Part shown: piece by piece, positions 58,374 through 64,000 of the stretch
Layout: every line of letters begins with the position of its first letter
Position numbering within the stretch: position 1 is the stretch's first letter
Assembly (NCBI RefSeq): GCF_964213995.1
Contig: NC_135812.1
Location: 28,334,001 to 28,398,000, forward strand
From: Mustelus asterias
Lineage: Eukaryota
Reading direction: 5' to 3'
Length of the DNA: 64,000 nucleotides
The notes under the pieces: generated by a model
Databases searched by the model: none
Told to the model about the DNA's origin: nothing
What the model saw: the letters and a program-made list of their open reading frames with translations, nothing else
Made by a program: the position numbers and the translations under genes

Positions 58374-61300
58374 GTAAGTCTCCAGTTAAAGGTGACGTTT
58401 AAATTCATTAAATTTGCTCCAGTTTCCTTTGCAGTCTTGTTTCATTGTAAAAAAGCGGGATAAAGCCGCCTTGAACTGTTTCGAATGATTTCTGCTACTG
58501 ATCTGTCGCGCAGAAGCGACTGCTAAGCAGGGGGACTGAGACTGGGTTTAATATTGCACTGCAGGAACTCAGCAAAGTTCCTTAGCACCTTCCAAACCCC
58601 GGACCATCTACCAGGACAAGATGTGGAGATGCTGGCGTTGAACTGGGATGGGCACAGTAAGAAGTCTCACAACACCAGGTTAAAGTCTGACAGGTTTATT
58701 TAGTATCACGAGCTTTTGGAGCGCTGCTCCTTCCTCAGGTGAGTGGAGAGTTGGGTTCACAAACACGACATATATAGACAGTCACAATTGCAAGATAATA
58801 CCTGTAAAGACTTGCAATTGTGTCCCTGTGACCGATTTCTGGATTGGGTCACTGTCTGTGTGGAGTTTGCATGTTCTTCCCGTGTCTGCGTGGGTTTCCT
58901 CTGATGCTCCAGTTTCCTCCCACATTCTGAAAGACGTGCTGGTTACAATGAAACAAGATTGCATTGACCCGAACAGGTGCCGGAGTGTGGCGACTAGGGG
59001 AATTTCACAGTAACTTGATTGCAATGTTAATGTAAGCTTACTTGTGACTAATAAATAAACTTTTTTTACTTTTAGAGGTTCCTGCTCAGGCTCAGCCAGA
59101 ACCTGCAGAAGGCAGTGACAAATCTTATCAGTACCTTGCCAAGCATAACCATGGGCCAACATGTATTTGTCAATGCCCTCTCAGGTCGTGGTACCTGAAG
59201 AGAGAGAGCGCATATTGACATACTTTGTGTGATTCTCTGCTCCCTCCCCACACTCCCCATGGCATGTTTCTTGGTGGTGGGAGATAGCCCACCGTTGGCT
59301 GGCAGCAGGATTTTCTGGTCCCACCGTTGTCACTGTCAATGGGACTTCCCATTGAGTCCACCCCATAGCCATTGATTTTAATCTATTACTAATGGATCTT
59401 CAGTGAAGTTACTCCTGATAAGTCACATGGCATTGCCTCTTATCAAGAGTGCTACAACATAATGTGCAAAGCATTATTCCATTGGTAATATGCAGCAATA
59501 TCTTTTTAAGGAACACAACCGGGATTTCTGTGTAACAACGGGCTCTGGACCTTTCAGAATTGTTTTTTGGTCAGCTGGCTTCAAATTATAAATAAAATCA
59601 GAAAAGGTTGCAAATACTTGGTAGTTGTGGCAGCATCTATGGAGAGAGAAACAGAGGGCAGGTCTTTCCAGCCCCACTGCAGCATATTTTCCAGTGGTGG
59701 AGGCAGCATGCCATTGCCTGCTGGAGAGACCTTATGGTCTCGCCGATATGTACACCGTTTTATGTGGTTTGCTTATCCCACCGCCGGGGAACCTGCCACC
59801 TGGGGGGTCACCTTCGATGGGACCAGAAGATCTCACTGAAAGGCCTATCCAGAGTTACCATGTCAGGTTGATGTCCTTTCCCAAGCACCAATAGTATTTT
59901 GCTTTCAACTTGAAATTAGTATGTGCTCATCTGTTTGATACCGCAATTCACACGCTTACAATTTTACATGAACAACAAGGTAGCAAACCTACAACATGAT
60001 ATCTGTGCACATTACTGTTCCATTTTAATGCACTTTGAGTATTCAGTCAATTCTTTGTACGAATTTAACACTACACTTTGTATGAACACTACAAGCGTCA
60101 TGTTCGTGGGAAGTGGTTCAAAAAAATGCTAAATGCCACATGTGCACATCTAGGATATAACACTGAGATCCTCAGTTGTGCCTGACCTAACAAGGTACAA
60201 ACAACCAGCATTTATGATCAAATAGAATTTGTTAAGCAAGACGTTATTTATGCATTACAAAAATGCAGCAAATTCAGCGTGGAAGTTTCGTACCCTGCAA
60301 GGCCCTAGGATTCCTTGAAAGCTGCCAATGCAGGCAATGCTTCTCTTCAGTTTCTGAAGTTAATGTCCAACTGTGTCACAGAAGAATTGCACCACAGGAG
60401 TGTTGGTAAAATTGTGCCAACGAAGACTGAGTTTTCAACTTTTATCCCTAATTTTGACTGTCTCATTCCTATTAGGAAATAACCCCTACCATTGGCTACC
60501 CATGAGGGTCAACTGAGGTCACCCCACCTCGGTAATTAGTCATGTAAGGCTGAGGCAAATGTCCATCTCCTATTTCCTTTAGGCCCTAGAGTTTAATTCC
60601 AGTGTGAACAAATGATGCATCCTTTGTAGACACAAAGTGGTTGTACAACCAATCTTGCACCCTCTTCTCAATAATACAATAATACAAATTATTGTAAAAC
60701 CATTTATATGCTAACCTATTCCTATGGATGGGGAGGAAATTAAGAACATATGTTATTAATTCCTAGTATAATATCAGGAAATAACTACAAGTGTTCTGCT
60801 CTACAGATATGGTTAATCGATTAAGGCATTAGCAAACCCAAGTCTAATTCAAAGATGTGATGGTTCTTGTTTAGTGATGAGGTGTCGTACTAAGTTCAAG
60901 CCACTGAATTCAAACTGTTCGCACATTTCTCTGAAGCTGAAATAGATGCGTTGAATTGCACACAGTATAATTGAAACAAATTTGGTGGCTGTTTTGAACC
61001 AGGTAAACAGACACCCAGACAGCTGCTCTGATTGTTTTCCACCTTCTAACTGTTTAATGGCCAAACCCAGCAGACAGAAATTGAAACTGGACTACTTAAT
61101 GCCTAAGGCCGAATCCTAAAACATTACCTCAAACCAATATTGAATTCTAACGTTTGTAGTATTCTCAAAACCTGAATTGATTCTTGCCAGAAGTGAAGTG
61201 AAGGGAGTCGCACACAGCATCACCCAAGAGTTAAATTAACCTGAACTCTGAATTTATATTATACATTCTTAGCCATGATCCAAAATGAAACTGCTTGGCA

Positions 61301-61811
61301 TCAACATTAGTGCAAGTGCAGCATTTCTCCATTTTGTTTATATATTTAAATAAAGAACAGAGGGTAAAGTAGCTGTGAGTTGATAATTTCTTGGCGGATT
61401 GGGTGAAATAAGATAAAAATTCAACAAAATAAACCATGTTCTTAAAGAATGACAGAATAAGTCAATAAGAACAATTCTGCATGTGCTTGACTCTGTTAAC
61501 TGATAACAATCAATATAATGAGTCCAGAACATTGTACTTTAATAATGCAGGTAGGTTAAATTTGTATGCAAGCCCCACAATATTACTGAAACTAGACTTT
61601 ATTTGAAGATTATTGTAAATTTGCTTAGGTATCCAGTGTACACTTGGGGGCAGGTAGTTAAGGATAGCTTTAGATTAAAGGCAAAGAAGCCCCTGACAAA
61701 CTAATAACTATAGAATCTTTTGGAATCATTGGGGAAATTTAAGAAATTAACTAACTTTGTTTTGTTTTTGTCCAGGAGACTGGTGCTATGATATTCAGGA
61801 CGCTAAATGTG
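58316..61811 (+). CDS. CA4: Carbonic anhydrase 4-like, first two coding exons; join(58316-58373,61776-61811); gene continues beyond the window
   Basis: Exon 1 encodes signal peptide MHPFTFLLLSSLPFLTSEA with a G|gtaagt donor (58 bp, phase 1). Exon 2 reads ccag|GDWCYDIQDAKC-G|gtaagg, with the WCY motif of extracellular alpha-CAs. Car4 neighbours Znhit3 in mouse (recalled synteny). The paralogue assignment (CA4 vs CA15-like) rests on that synteny. Confidence 0.82.
58620..58800 (-). mobile_element. Penelope-derived terminus (family of 6337-6595) with a hammerhead motif at 58706-58742 (G12A decayed)
   Basis: UCAC-CUGAGGA-A-GGAGC agc GCUCC-AAAA-GC-UC-GUGA on the minus strand, followed by the shared terminus. 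Confidence 0.75.
58843..59070 (+). mobile_element. V-SINE, alternative tail, 5'-truncated
   Basis: Core and tail present. Confidence 0.82.
61776..61811 (+). CDS. CA4: CA4-like exon 2 (DWCYDIQDAKC)
   Basis: Branch-point-like ctaac, T-rich tract and cag acceptor; gtaagg donor; phase 1-1. Confidence 0.85.
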
Positions 61812-61957
61812 GTAAGGAGCTAAAGTCACTGTATTTGGTGACAGTCTGTATGCCGGGGCACAGTGTCTTTACCATCATAAACATGTTAAATGTTCTTGCA
61901 GTAACAGACCATAAAGACATTTTCAGATTATTATCATAGGGAAAATATAGACAGCAA

Positions 61958-63570
61958 TCTTGAGGCAAATCAGAGTGGATAAATCCCCAGGACCAGACAG
62001 GGTATTCCCACGGACCTTGAGGGAAGCTAGTGTTGAACTTGCAGACATCTCTTGCGGACAATAGTGTTGAACCCTGGCAGACGTACTTATAATGTCAGTA
62101 TTCATGGGGGAGGTGCCGGATGATTGGAGGGTGGCTCATGTTGTTCCGTTGTTTAAAAAAGGTTCCAAAAGATATCCGGGAAATTATAGGCCAGTAAGTT
62201 TGACGTCGGTGGTGGGCAAGTTATTGGAAGGTGTGATAAGGGATAGGATCTACAAATATTTGGATAGACAGGGACTTATTAGGGAGAGTCAACATGGCTT
62301 TGTGCGTGGTAGGTCATGTTTGACCAATCTATTAGAGTTTTTCGAGGAGGTTACCAGGAAAGTGGATGAAGGGAAGGCGGTGGATGTTGTCTACCTGGAT
62401 TTCAGCAAGGCCTTTGACAAGGTCCCTCATGGGAGGTTAGTTAGGAAGGTTCAGTCGCTACGTATACATGGGGAGGTAGTAAATTGGATTAGACACTGGC
62501 TCAATGGAAGAAGCCAGAGAGTGGTTGTGGAAGATTGCTTCTCTGAGTGGAGGCCTGTGACTAGTGGTGTGCCGCAGGGATCGGTGTTGGGTCCATTGTT
62601 GTTTGTCATCTATATTGATGATCTGGATGATAATGTGGTAAATTGGATCAGCAAGTTTGCTGATGATACAAAGATTGGAGGTGTATTGGACAGTGAGGAA
62701 GGTTTTCAAAGCTTGCAGAGGGATTTGGACCAACTAGAAAAATGGGCTGAAAAATGGCAAATGGAATTTAATGCAGACAAGTGTGAGATATTGCACATTG
62801 GAAGAACAAACCAAAGTAGAACGTACAGGGTAAATGGTAGGACTCTGAAGAGTGCACTTGAACAGAGGGATCGGGGAATACAGGTACAGAATTCCCTAAA
62901 AGTGACGTCACAGGTGGATAGGGTCGTAAAGAGTGCCTTTGGTACATTGGCCTTTATAAATCGGAGTATCGAGTATAAAAGTTGGAGTGTTATGGTAAGG
63001 TTATATAAGGCATTGGTGAGGCCGAATTTGGAGTATTGTGTACAGTTTTGGTCACCTAGTTACAGGAAGGATGTAAATAAGGTTGAAAGAGTGCAGAGAA
63101 GGTTCACAAGGATGTTGCCAGGACTTGAGAAGCTGAGTTACAGAGAGAGATTGAATAGGTTGGGACTTTATTCCCTGGAGCGTAGAAGATTGAGGGGAGA
63201 TTTGATAGAGGTGTATAAGATTTTGATGGGTATAGATAGAGTGAATGCAAGCAGGCTTTTTCTGCTGAGGCTAGGGGAGAAAAAAAACCAGAGGGCATGG
63301 GTTAAGGGTGAAAGGAGAAAAGTTTAAAGGGAATATTAGGGGGGGCTTCTTCACACAGAGAGTGTGGGAGTGTGGAATGAGCTGCCGGATAAAGTGGTAA
63401 ATGCTTTTAACATTTAAGAAAAATTTGGACGGGTTCATGGATGAGAGGGGTGTGGAAGGATATGGTCCAAGTGCAGGTCAGTGGGACTAGGCAAAAAATG
63501 GTTCGGCACAGACAAGAAGGGCCAAAAGGCCTGTTTCTGAGCTGTAATTTTCTATGGTTCTATGGTTCTA
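61958..63570 (+). mobile_element. Young CR1 LINE, near-identical to 35273-36855, in CA4 intron 2
   Basis: ORF 62092..63327; tail TCTATGGTTCTATGGTTCTA. Confidence 0.96.
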
Positions 63571-64000
63571 ATCTCACAAAGTTTGAACTGAAAAGCTGGT
63601 TTAAATCACAATAGTCACTTACTGTGCTACTGTTGTTTATTTAGCGATGTAATTATTTTTAGTATCATCTAAGCTTATTAAAACTTCATCAATGAGAAAA
63701 ATAAATAAATCTTTACTCCATTCACAGACAATGTGATAGATTATGATGTGGATGTAGACTCTGTCTTTATTAAGAAGTGTTTTAATTGACTAGTTCAGAA
63801 GATTTTATTACCCACTTATTCTCTTCCTAGATTAGTCAAACTACCTCTACTTTGCATATGTTTTGGCTTCACCAGCCCATTTTGCTTTGTTCTGTCATAA
63901 GACTCTGATTTATAATACAGCAATCAATTTAATCCAGCATGATCATCCATGTTTCCACTGCTTCTAAACTCAACTGTTCCAATGTCCTTTTGGCTGGTCT

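Overview
Repeat-rich vertebrate DNA. The repeat set (HE1-like V-SINEs, CR1 LINEs, Penelope and Rex/Babar elements) points to a shark or other elasmobranch (inference). Four protein-coding genes were read from the sequence by splice-site and reading-frame tracing. (1) The last nine coding exons of MYO19 (+, 3744-13372), including one GC-AG intron. (2) A complete five-exon ZNHIT3 (-, 28171-20073, 153 aa). (3) An intact single-exon class A GPCR of the lipid/MECA group (-, 50921-49941, 326 aa) that matches no named receptor I can recognise. (4) The first two coding exons of a CA4-like carbonic anhydrase (+, 58316-61811). The rest is mostly mobile DNA: young and old CR1 LINEs, SINEs, Rex-type 3' ends, Harbinger-like TIR elements, a solo LTR, a Gypsy gag relic and Penelope elements. 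The most unusual signals are minimal hammerhead-ribozyme motifs at five Penelope-derived loci (covarying stem I, one U3-A8 core variant, and a head-to-head pair inside a TSD-flanked palindrome), and the orphan GPCR between ZNHIT3 and CA4. Exon, TSD and ribozyme coordinates were counted by hand. Repeat boundaries are approximate and no database searches were run.
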